DNA from: an uncultured bacterium
GTDB lineage: Bacteria; Fidelibacterota; Marinisomatia; Marinisomatales; UBA1611
Direction of reading: 5' to 3'
Assembly (NCBI GenBank): GCA_964648395.1
Contig: CAZYLQ010000003.1
Coordinates: 1 to 41,622 of the forward strand
DNA length: 41,622 bases
Below are positions 18,531 to 26,963 of this stretch, in pieces. The notes under the pieces are model-generated. The model saw only the letters and a list, made by a program, of their open reading frames with translations, searched no databases and had not been told where the DNA came from. The translations under genes were made by a program, and so were the position numbers. Positions within the stretch are counted from its first letter, which is position 1; each line of letters starts with the position of its first letter.

Positions 18531-21500
18531 CGTCAGTTTCCATACTTTTTTGCTCAGTTTGTAGCTGGCTCAATGAATTAAAATATCGCTTAATCATTGT
18601 TTGATGTTCCCGTGAATATCCCGCATTGATGGCTTTATTTAAAGCCTGAAGAGCGAGGTTTTGCCGTTGTCCCATATCCACTGGTAACCCACCAGGGCCC
18701 TCGAATGCTACTGTAGATTCCGCAGATGTTGATTTTCGCTCATCCTTGAATCCACGTTGAGTCATTGATGTTTGGCTATCCAGCATCCGGGACAATATCC
18801 GTTGTTGCCGTTCTTTAGTTTTTCGGGTGAATCGACGTCGCTGAAGATCCTTGATTACCTCATCCATTTCTTTACCAATACCACCTAAATCTCCCATACC
18901 TTTTTGCCCAGAATGTCGCATCTCATTCATCATTTGTTCTAATGACTTTCGGAGACCTTGTTGTTTCTGGAGCATTTGTTGCATCATTTGTTGTTGGGCT
19001 GCCGCAGCCATTTGTCCCATACTTAATTGCATTCCTTGTTGATTCAATCCCTGTTGTTGACCTGCCATTTGTTGCATCATTTTCAAAAATTGTGAATATC
19101 CACTTGCAGATCCAGATTGCTGCATACTTTGCATGCTGTTAAACAGTCCCAACGCAGCTTCATTCAACCCTTCCATAGCCATATTTTGATTTTCTCCGGC
19201 TTGACTCACGTTCCGATCTGTCAATTTATTTTTTGCTTCTTGCATTCCCGCATTTGCTTTTCCAATACTTCGTCCTATCTCGGGCGTGATGGCAAATGTT
19301 TTCCTAGAGAGATCCATCATTTTATTCATTATGGATTGTAGTTGGTCTTGCAGGACTTGTTGTCTTGCCGCCATTTCACGAAGACGCGGTGAATTCCTTG
19401 ATGCGGACTTGACCTCCGATCGCAATTGCTCTTCCTGGGAAGATAGATAGAGCATATCCTGCATCAATGCTTGGAATTTTTCTGTCATTTCTGCCACTGT
19501 TTCTTGTTGGAACTGCTGTTGCATCTGCATCAATTCCTGCATCATCATTTGCATATTATCCAGAGATTGCTCACTGCTATTTTGAGACTGTTGCAAATTT
19601 TGTAGTGATAAATTTTGCATAGTTTCCATGAGCGAAGATTTAGTTTGCTCCGTCAAAGGAGATTCCGCCAGTTCCGATAAATCATCGGATGTTTTTTGAC
19701 TATAATCTTCCACCAGTTCAGATGCCTCTTCCATAAGAGATTTAAGGTTTTCGAATTCTTCCAAATTCCTTTTTTCTTCCTGTTCTAGTCTTTTTAATGT
19801 GGATCTGTCTGTCTGTTCGTTGGTTTGGTTGATTTCTTGATCCAATGATTGTTGTTGGTCAAAAAGCTGTTCCATGCGAGTTTGGAGTTCATCCATTTTT
19901 TGCTCAGCCTGTAGCCGTTTGAAAATTTCTAAATACCGATCCAGGTCTTGCTCAATTTGATTTATATTTTCAGCAAGATCGTTCAGCGCATTCTGGAGTT
20001 GTTTCATATCCATATTTTCAAGTGATTCCTGAAGATTATCCATATTGGTAAGCATATCTTCCGGGATTACATCGCGAACCAAGTCCGATAACTCCTTGAA
20101 TTTATCTAAAAGGTCAGGTGAAAAGAGGTCATGTTTGTCTGCCTGTTTGGTGATGGACTCAATGGTTTCAGCCATTTTTTCCATATTAGCAAATTGTTCT
20201 TTTGTCTTTTCAATGGCATTTTTTACAGATTGTTGTTGATCCCAATCTAGATCTTTAGTTTTTAGGGCTTCTAGTTCCAATGCTTCAAACAATTCTTTCA
20301 ACTCCTGAAAATTTTCTGTCCCAGTTGTTATTTCTTCCATGAAATCCGATTCTGTGTTTTCAGCTGTTTCATAAAGATCTGCTAGTGATGGTACGCGTGC
20401 GATGAAAGTGGAAGACACTGTTTTTTTCGGACCGGAAATAATATCATTATCCGTGAGTTCAAAATGGAAATGTACCTCATCTTCTGGCATAAGAAGCATA
20501 TCAGCTAAGTCCCATAAGTTATGGATCGTTTGGACAACTGTATCAGGGTTCAAATCGTTTAGAGTGAACATAGCTACATAAGGATCAGCTTCGAGATACA
20601 TTGGTCGGCGCACCTCGTAAGCAACTTGGAGATTGGTGAAACCATAATCATCTTCTATTTCAAGATGAATCGGAATGGTCTGATCGCTCCCTAATTCAAT
20701 CATGGGTGGTGGCTTAATCACAAAAAGACTTGGGTCGTGGTCCGGAATTATTTCTATGGTATAGGGTACCGGATCCCTATTTGTAATTCCACGTTTATCT
20801 ACAAGATTCACTGTGAATTCACCTTCATCTATCATGGTAAAATAACCGGAAGCAGATCGATGAGTGGAAGCAAGATCTGCCCGTTCTTCATTGATAATTA
20901 GCCAGGCTGATTCCAATACCCGATTGGATGAAAGATAGATTTCCGCAATAGATCCTTTTAGACCCTGAACTACCGCAACATTTCCCTCCTGTGACTCCGC
21001 ACTCAATCCACTATATTTGGGTGGAACCACTGTAATGAGGAATGATTCAAAAAAAGGTCTATCGGTGACAAATATGGTGTCTGGGGCAGATGCAACTTGT
21101 CTCCATGCTTCCCAAAAGTATTCAGCATTAACTACCGCTTTGTAAGAATAATCTTGAAATAATTCCGGCAATTCAAAGCGATAATATCCCATGGTATCCA
21201 GTACTGTTAAAAAGGTTAACGCCAATGAATCTCTTTTCTGGGTTGATGTTTGGCTAGGTGTCAATTGTAGTGAAACTGTATCTGGTTTTTCACCATTTGC
21301 CAGAATTTTAATTTCAGCTTTTTCTCCGCCTAAAATGTGAATATCTCCGGAAATACTTGAGAGAGAGAATGGCTTTGGCGCTTGGAATTCAATCATGGGA
21401 GTCGACCATCGGTAGAATGCATCACCGGTTTCTTGATAGTTCATGCTGAATATAAGAATCAATACGATCCAAGTTCCCAGTAAACCCTTTTTCAATGAAT

Positions 21501-21948
21501 CTAATTGCTCATCTTTTAAAAGTGAGTTGTAATCAAGGCTTTTTAGCTTTTTTGATATTTTATTTATATAGGATTTTGCTAAATCTTCCGATTCATTTTT
21601 TACGGATCTCGATTCCAATTGCAATGCATTCAGGATCGTATCCTGTTTTTCTGGGAAGGCGGCCCGACCCAGTTGAAGAGCCAATGTTTCAATTTTATAT
21701 GAATGAATGTGATCGGATTCTGCTCTGAAATACTGGATTAACCAAAAGAATACATACCCACTGAATAATCCACAAATGAGAATAAGAATTTTGACCTTAA
21801 TTTCAGGAAGAAAGTAAAAAACTGTTTCCAGTTCAATCCCGATTAAAAATAATAATGAGCCAATAATTCCTATCCATAATAGACTTATGAGAACATCCTG
21901 CCAAAATCGAATTGACCTTGCATTTTGAATGTGTTTTTTGATTTGCAT
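18520..21948 (-). CDS. Large membrane-anchored protein: N-terminal TM helices, beta-rich middle, long coiled coil, Met/Gln-rich tail (DUF4175/TIGR02302-like architecture)
   Basis: The 1142-aa ORF has two to three hydrophobic helices in the first ~75 aa. The middle is beta-rich (EIEDDYGFTNLQVAYEV...). An E/Q/L/K-rich coiled coil of about 400 aa follows. The tail is MQQMAGQQQGLNQQGMQLSMGQMAAAAQQQMMQQMLQKQQG, and the C-terminus is basic and ends ...HQTMIKRYFNSLS. The family name comes from remembered descriptions (N-terminal TMs plus Gln/Gly-rich low complexity). Confidence 0.6.
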   Translation of the reverse strand: MQIKKHIQNARSIRFWQDVLISLLWIGIIGSLLFLIGIELETVFYFLPEIKVKILILICGLFSGYVFFWLIQYFRAESDHIHSYKIETLALQLGRAAFPEKQDTILNALQLESRSVKNESEDLAKSYINKISKKLKSLDYNSLLKDEQLDSLKKGLLGTWIVLILIFSMNYQETGDAFYRWSTPMIEFQAPKPFSLSSISGDIHILGGEKAEIKILANGEKPDTVSLQLTPSQTSTQKRDSLALTFLTVLDTMGYYRFELPELFQDYSYKAVVNAEYFWEAWRQVASAPDTIFVTDRPFFESFLITVVPPKYSGLSAESQEGNVAVVQGLKGSIAEIYLSSNRVLESAWLIINEERADLASTHRSASGYFTMIDEGEFTVNLVDKRGITNRDPVPYTIEIIPDHDPSLFVIKPPPMIELGSDQTIPIHLEIEDDYGFTNLQVAYEVRRPMYLEADPYVAMFTLNDLNPDTVVQTIHNLWDLADMLLMPEDEVHFHFELTDNDIISGPKKTVSSTFIARVPSLADLYETAENTESDFMEEITTGTENFQELKELFEALELEALKTKDLDWDQQQSVKNAIEKTKEQFANMEKMAETIESITKQADKHDLFSPDLLDKFKELSDLVRDVIPEDMLTNMDNLQESLENMDMKQLQNALNDLAENINQIEQDLDRYLEIFKRLQAEQKMDELQTRMEQLFDQQQSLDQEINQTNEQTDRSTLKRLEQEEKRNLEEFENLKSLMEEASELVEDYSQKTSDDLSELAESPLTEQTKSSLMETMQNLSLQNLQQSQNSSEQSLDNMQMMMQELMQMQQQFQQETVAEMTEKFQALMQDMLYLSSQEEQLRSEVKSASRNSPRLREMAARQQVLQDQLQSIMNKMMDLSRKTFAITPEIGRSIGKANAGMQEAKNKLTDRNVSQAGENQNMAMEGLNEAALGLFNSMQSMQQSGSASGYSQFLKMMQQMAGQQQGLNQQGMQLSMGQMAAAAQQQMMQQMLQKQQGLRKSLEQMMNEMRHSGQKGMGDLGGIGKEMDEVIKDLQRRRFTRKTKERQQRILSRMLDSQTSMTQRGFKDERKSTSAESTVAFEGPGGLPVDMGQRQNLALQALNKAINAGYSREHQTMIKRYFNSLSQLQTEQKSMETDDEK

Positions 21949-22619
21949 TATTGAGTTAGGGCAAAATAGATAATATTCACTCCCATTTTCAATGCAGCTT
22001 CACGGATAGGGAATGGATCTTGGTGAACGCTTGCATCTTCCCATCCATCGCCTAGATCTGATTCAAAAGTATAAACTAAGATTATTCGTTTATCTTCGAA
22101 TAATGCCAATGCCTGCGGTGGGTGATTATCATGTTCATGTACTTTGGGGAGCCCATTCAGCATTTTGAAATATGAAGAGAAAATGGGATGGTCATGTGGC
22201 AGGGGAACAAGGTCTTTATTTGGAAAAACACGTTTCATTTCTCGTCGAAATGATTCGTCCATACCATAATTATCATCTGCATGAAGAAATCCTCCATTCA
22301 TTAATATAGATCGCAATGCGATTACTTCATCATCTGTGAAACGGATATTGCCATGTCCTGTCATGTAAAGATAAGGATATTGATTTGCATCGTCATCAGT
22401 GAGTTTAATACGAAATTCTTCATCATATGCAGACATGGGTGTATTCAAATTCAGGTAACTTAGTAAATTGGGTAAACTACTGGGATCGCTATACCAATCG
22501 CCACCGCCACTATAATGGATACGGGCAATGGAAAAAGATTGGGCCGATATCATGCCCAGCATAATGAAGTATAAAGTGGTTTTTTTAACCATATAAAAAC
22601 AATGCGATAATTGATTCAT
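21948..22619 (-). CDS. DUF4159 domain protein (Bat/aerotolerance-cluster associated, GATase1-like)
   Basis: The motifs match my recollection of DUF4159: ARIHYSGGGDWYSDPSSLPNLL, YPYLYMTGHGNIRFTDDE, GGFLHADDNYGMDESFRREMKRVFP, HPIF and ESDLGDGWED. The true start may be the internal ATG at 22592 (MVKKTTLYFIMLGMISAQS, a signal/anchor). Confidence 0.75.
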   Translation of the reverse strand: MNQLSHCFYMVKKTTLYFIMLGMISAQSFSIARIHYSGGGDWYSDPSSLPNLLSYLNLNTPMSAYDEEFRIKLTDDDANQYPYLYMTGHGNIRFTDDEVIALRSILMNGGFLHADDNYGMDESFRREMKRVFPNKDLVPLPHDHPIFSSYFKMLNGLPKVHEHDNHPPQALALFEDKRIILVYTFESDLGDGWEDASVHQDPFPIREAALKMGVNIIYFALTQ

Positions 22620-22709
22620 TTGTTCCCAAAATTAGGATGGGAAAGTTAACTTGATTTTTAATAGTCTCTTCTTGTAAAAATCATCGGAATCATGGAATTT
22701 TAACGTCAC

Positions 22710-24575
22710 ATGTTAATCATGAAAAAAACACACCACGCCCTTTTATTACTCTTCTTGTCAGGATTGTGCGGCCAAATAGAGGAAGAAAAGAAACCAAAAA
22801 CCTTTCTATTTGGGCTAATCAAATTTGATACTGAATCCGCTTATGAGGAAGGTGCCTGGTTCGATAAATGGTTTCATGCAAGAGAATTTGCTGCACCGGT
22901 TAATCTGATCCCGGTTGAAATACATTATGGAATTGGATTTAATGGTAAAACATCCGGTAGTGCTTCAAGTCTGGGTGAAAATTCCGCCAAAGACGATCCG
23001 GATAAGATCAAATACGATGAAACTATGGATCCTGAACAATACATCGTTCAGGAGTTTTCCAATTTGTGGGCGTCATCCATGGAAGTGGATGTGGGCTTGA
23101 TCAATATTCCCCATTACCTCGTAGGCTCAAGTTGGATGAATGTTATGACAGGGCTCACCTACCGTACCAGCAAAACTTTATATGGTGCGGAAGTGCCGTA
23201 CAAAGAATGGAGCCAAACAAATGTTAATTGGGGCGATACAGTTCATTTTTCTCCCAAGATGGATGAATACATGCTCACGACCCATCTCCAATATCAGCCT
23301 TTCAATAACTGGTTTATTAACTTTCGGTATTCCTATGGATTGGCATCTGCTCTTTTTTATACTCCAGACCATGAACAGTGGGACGAAACATTAACGGGTT
23401 CCGGAACATCAGCAGCGTATGGGGCCGGCATTCGATTTATTTTGGATCCTGGTAAAGAGAACAGATTTACGGTTGGGTTGGATTTCCGATATTCTTATAC
23501 CAAAATCCACACCATTTGGGATCCCGATGATAAAACCCCTATCAACCGATTTGATCTTTCAAATTATGGATTGTACTTAACACTATCGGCATTTTACGGT
23601 GGAAATAAAACGATTGGAGATAAAGCAAAAAAACTCTACTACCGAAAGGATTATGTCCATGCAAGAAACAATTTTATACAATTTTTATCGGACTACCCGA
23701 CCCATGCGAACCGTCACCGCGCAGAGGAATATATAGCTGACTGTGAATATAAAATACCCTATGTTATTATGGATGAAGGAGTCATGCTGGATAAAAAGAA
23801 TAAAACACAAAAAGCATTAGATAAATATATGTATGCAAAATCTCTTGTAAAAAATGATACATTAATAATGAAGACCCTAGAACGAAGGATCGATCAAATT
23901 GCTTTATTATGGATGTTAGCAGCGGAAAATATGCTAAAAGAATTCAAATATGATGAGGCCTATAATCTTGTTAAACATGTAGCAGAATTTTCAATTCACG
24001 GTAAAAAAGAACTTCGGCGATTTAAGTCTTGGGTTGTATTGGGCGAAGGAAAAAAATATCAAAATGCAGGATTTATTGGAAAGGCTATGGGAAAATATGC
24101 AAATGCATTGGAGATGAATCCTGACCTTATTTATGAAGTGAATTCATTGCAATATCGCGCGGGGATCCAAATGGCAAAATTGGCTACAGAAGCAGATGAA
24201 TTTGAAGAGATCCAATTGGCAATCCATTCCCTGGAATTTGCACGGGAGCTTTCCGGAGGTATTGGGAAAAGAAATGAACAATTATTATTGGATCTTAATC
24301 AGAAGTTAAAAACCTTATCAGATTATAATACACGTATCCTGGTTGAACAGAAAATGAATTTGGCTCGATCAAGGCAAGCCATTGCCCGGACAGAAAAGCT
24401 GAAAATTGGACAAACGATCCCACAGGTACAGTCATTATTGGGAGAACCTCATGAAAAAATCATCGGTAGTAATGGTTCAAATCCTGAAGAACAATTATGG
24501 ATATATTTTGTTAATCAGAAATCTCTACAGCTTTCTTTCCATTATTATAAACTTTTTAAGATTGAAAAATTATAA
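22710..24575 (+). CDS. Secreted / outer-membrane-associated protein: beta-barrel-like N-half, TPR-like helical region, BamE(SmpA/OmlA)-like C-terminus
   Basis: An alternative start at 22719 gives MKKTHHALLLLFLSGLCGQ. The N-half has alternating aromatic-terminated strands (FRYSYGLASALFY, LDFRYSYTKIH, YGLYLTLSAFYGG). The middle is helical repeats. The last ~60 aa (IGQTIPQVQSLLGEPHEKI...EQLWIYF...LQLSF) resemble the SmpA/OmlA signature. The domain calls are tentative. Confidence 0.55.
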   Translation: MLIMKKTHHALLLLFLSGLCGQIEEEKKPKTFLFGLIKFDTESAYEEGAWFDKWFHAREFAAPVNLIPVEIHYGIGFNGKTSGSASSLGENSAKDDPDKIKYDETMDPEQYIVQEFSNLWASSMEVDVGLINIPHYLVGSSWMNVMTGLTYRTSKTLYGAEVPYKEWSQTNVNWGDTVHFSPKMDEYMLTTHLQYQPFNNWFINFRYSYGLASALFYTPDHEQWDETLTGSGTSAAYGAGIRFILDPGKENRFTVGLDFRYSYTKIHTIWDPDDKTPINRFDLSNYGLYLTLSAFYGGNKTIGDKAKKLYYRKDYVHARNNFIQFLSDYPTHANRHRAEEYIADCEYKIPYVIMDEGVMLDKKNKTQKALDKYMYAKSLVKNDTLIMKTLERRIDQIALLWMLAAENMLKEFKYDEAYNLVKHVAEFSIHGKKELRRFKSWVVLGEGKKYQNAGFIGKAMGKYANALEMNPDLIYEVNSLQYRAGIQMAKLATEADEFEEIQLAIHSLEFARELSGGIGKRNEQLLLDLNQKLKTLSDYNTRILVEQKMNLARSRQAIARTEKLKIGQTIPQVQSLLGEPHEKIIGSNGSNPEEQLWIYFVNQKSLQLSFHYYKLFKIEKL

Positions 24576-24633
24576 CTTGTAAAACAAAATTCTCTTCTAT
24601 TGAAAGAAATAAAATCCCGGTATTTTTCAGGCT

Positions 24634-25830
24634 GTGAAATTTCTAATTAAAATACTTTTTTATCTGTTTCTCATATCATTTGTTTTTGCCCAAACAGACC
24701 AACGAGATTATGATAATGAGTTGCGGTACCAGAATAAAGCGATCAATGCTTTAAAGAAAGAGATTGAGCAATTACGTTCTAAAATCAAAAAGGCTGAGTC
24801 ACAGGAAAGATCCGCTTCTTATCGAATTACATCCTTGGATGAGGAGATAGCCCTCACATCCAGATTAATTCAATCCTTGAAAAAAGAAGAGGAAAAAACA
24901 CGTAGTCGCATTATGCAACTAAAGGAAGATCTTCTGAAAAATGAGAATGAGTTGGAAATACTTCGTGTTAGGTATGAACAACGAGTGGTGAACGCCTATT
25001 TAAAAGGTAGGCTCACTCATCTTGAAAAAGTATTTTCATCTACCACGTGGCGACAAGCCATGTATCGAACACATTATTTGAAAATTATCTCTGATATTGA
25101 AAAGAAGTTGACAAAACAAATTGAAAAACTTCTCATTGAAATAAGTCAACAAAAATTAGAATTGGAAGCATCCTTACGAGAAAACCTGATCTTGAAAAGA
25201 GAGAAAGAAAAACAAATAAGTTCCTATCGTAATATGCGGATTAGTCGAGAAAAAGAATTGAATAGAATTCGGACAGATAAGAAAGCACTTTCTCATTATG
25301 TGGGAGAAAAAGAAACCGGAATTAACCAGTTAGAAAACATTATTAAACAAGTATTAGAAGATAAAGCCCGGTTTGATAGGGAAGAGCGAATCCGTCAACA
25401 GCAAGCTGCACTTAAAACCAAATCATTTAGTGCCTTAAAAGGAGGATTACCTTGGCCAGCAAATGGAAGAATCATTGCCAAGTTTGGACGCCAATGGAAT
25501 CCTAAACTCAAAACAACAACAGAAAACCCCGGGATCGATATTAAAGGCCAACCTGGGTCTGCAATCCGATCTATTATGGGAGGTGTTGTAACCACCATCA
25601 CCTATATTCGCGGTTACGGCACAACCATTATTATTGATCACGGTGGTGGGTTTTATACCGTTTACAGCCATGTTACCAATATTCAAACCAATGTGGACGG
25701 TGAGGTCCGCAATGGGGATGTGATTGCTTATATGGGAGATTCCGGCTCTATTAATGGATCAAAACTTCATTTTGAGATTTGGGGTAAAGGGCAAAAGCTG
25801 GATCCGGAAAAATGGCTTACCAAGAAATAA
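24634..25830 (+). CDS. EnvC-like murein hydrolase activator (coiled coil plus degenerate LytM/M23 domain)
   Basis: The ORF has a GTG start and a signal peptide, followed by a ~230-aa coiled coil. The C-terminal M23 domain has the HxxxD motif reading NPGID and the HxH motif reading KLH (SKLHFEIW). Two of the conserved M23 metal/catalytic histidines are therefore substituted, as in non-catalytic EnvC/NlpD-type activators. Confidence 0.8.
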   Translation: MKFLIKILFYLFLISFVFAQTDQRDYDNELRYQNKAINALKKEIEQLRSKIKKAESQERSASYRITSLDEEIALTSRLIQSLKKEEEKTRSRIMQLKEDLLKNENELEILRVRYEQRVVNAYLKGRLTHLEKVFSSTTWRQAMYRTHYLKIISDIEKKLTKQIEKLLIEISQQKLELEASLRENLILKREKEKQISSYRNMRISREKELNRIRTDKKALSHYVGEKETGINQLENIIKQVLEDKARFDREERIRQQQAALKTKSFSALKGGLPWPANGRIIAKFGRQWNPKLKTTTENPGIDIKGQPGSAIRSIMGGVVTTITYIRGYGTTIIIDHGGGFYTVYSHVTNIQTNVDGEVRNGDVIAYMGDSGSINGSKLHFEIWGKGQKLDPEKWLTKK

Positions 25831-26963
25831 TGCACCTTGATATTTTTTCTGCTCAAGCTAGGGTTTGGGAGCGGTTATCTCAAATTAGGATATCAAAGCA
25901 AGTTGGAGGGGCTTATTTATTTTCAGGACCGGCAGGATGTGGAAAAGAAAGTCTGGCAATCCGATTTTCTCAATTGCTGAACTGTGAAACTTCTTCAGAA
26001 AAGCCCTGCGATACCTGTCCTTCCTGTCAACGAATTCGTCAATTACAACATGAAAAACTGAAACTCATTTTTCCACTTCCCACGGTGAGAAAGAAAAAAG
26101 TCGACGGGTCTGGTACATCCTCTACAATAGGTAAAGGGGATATGGAATTGGTCACGGAAGCCATTGCAAAAAAAGCAGAAGATCATTTTCATAAAATAAA
26201 AATTCCTAAATCCACCCGAATTTTAATTCAATCTATTCGAGAATTAAGGAAAAACTTGTATTTGAAAAGTGAACCAAGCGGACGAAAAATTGTTCTCATC
26301 TTTGATGCTCATTTATTATCTGTGGGAATGGGTGAAACTGCTAATGCACTTTTAAAAATCCTGGAAGAACCACCTGAGAATACAACATTGATTCTGGTAA
26401 CTGACCATGTTGAATTATTGCTCCCTACAATCTTATCAAGATGCCAGCGTGTTGGAATCCCTAGATTGAATGACATATTTATTCGGGATTGGCTCCAAAT
26501 AAAAATGGTAAAAGATTCGGAAATCCAATTACTGGCTGGATTAAGTCAAGGCAATATTCATCAAGCTCGGTTCCTTATTTCTCAACCTATTGGTGATCTT
26601 TTGAAATTGGTGAATGGACTAGTAAAAATGATCACAAATGATAATCCGGATCATTGGCGAAAATTCACCCAAACTTATTCAAGATTAGCTCACCAGGATT
26701 CTGCCACACTTTCATTCCATTTTATGATGCTGAAAATCTGGTTTCGATCGGCAAATCGTTTGGCAAGACGTGTTGATGATATTTTGCATGAAACATCATT
26801 TAAACCGGGGATGGAACGATTGATCTCAACAAATCCGAATGCAGATTTTTCAGCCATTACTTTTGAGTTGGAAGATGCCATCTTGGCCATTCCAATGAAC
26901 CTATACATGCCACTAATTTTGACAAACCTTTTATTACGAATTCAGAAACATTTGAACCCATGA
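25812..26963 (+). CDS. holB: DNA polymerase III subunit delta-prime
   Basis: The motifs are AYLFSGPAGCGKE (P-loop-like), the zinc module CDTCPSCQRI, LLKILEEPP and the sensor SRCQRV. The start may instead be the ATG at 25830, which overlaps the envC-like stop as TAATG. Confidence 0.85.
   Translation: MAYQEIMHLDIFSAQARVWERLSQIRISKQVGGAYLFSGPAGCGKESLAIRFSQLLNCETSSEKPCDTCPSCQRIRQLQHEKLKLIFPLPTVRKKKVDGSGTSSTIGKGDMELVTEAIAKKAEDHFHKIKIPKSTRILIQSIRELRKNLYLKSEPSGRKIVLIFDAHLLSVGMGETANALLKILEEPPENTTLILVTDHVELLLPTILSRCQRVGIPRLNDIFIRDWLQIKMVKDSEIQLLAGLSQGNIHQARFLISQPIGDLLKLVNGLVKMITNDNPDHWRKFTQTYSRLAHQDSATLSFHFMMLKIWFRSANRLARRVDDILHETSFKPGMERLISTNPNADFSAITFELEDAILAIPMNLYMPLILTNLLLRIQKHLNP

Noticed and set aside
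18851-19341. Three plus-strand ORFs (63-74 aa) opposite the Met/Gln-rich tail.
   Set aside because: They are mirror-image artefacts of the CAG/CAA/ATG-rich low-complexity coding sequence on the minus strand. They are Cys/Ile/Phe-rich and have no start context.
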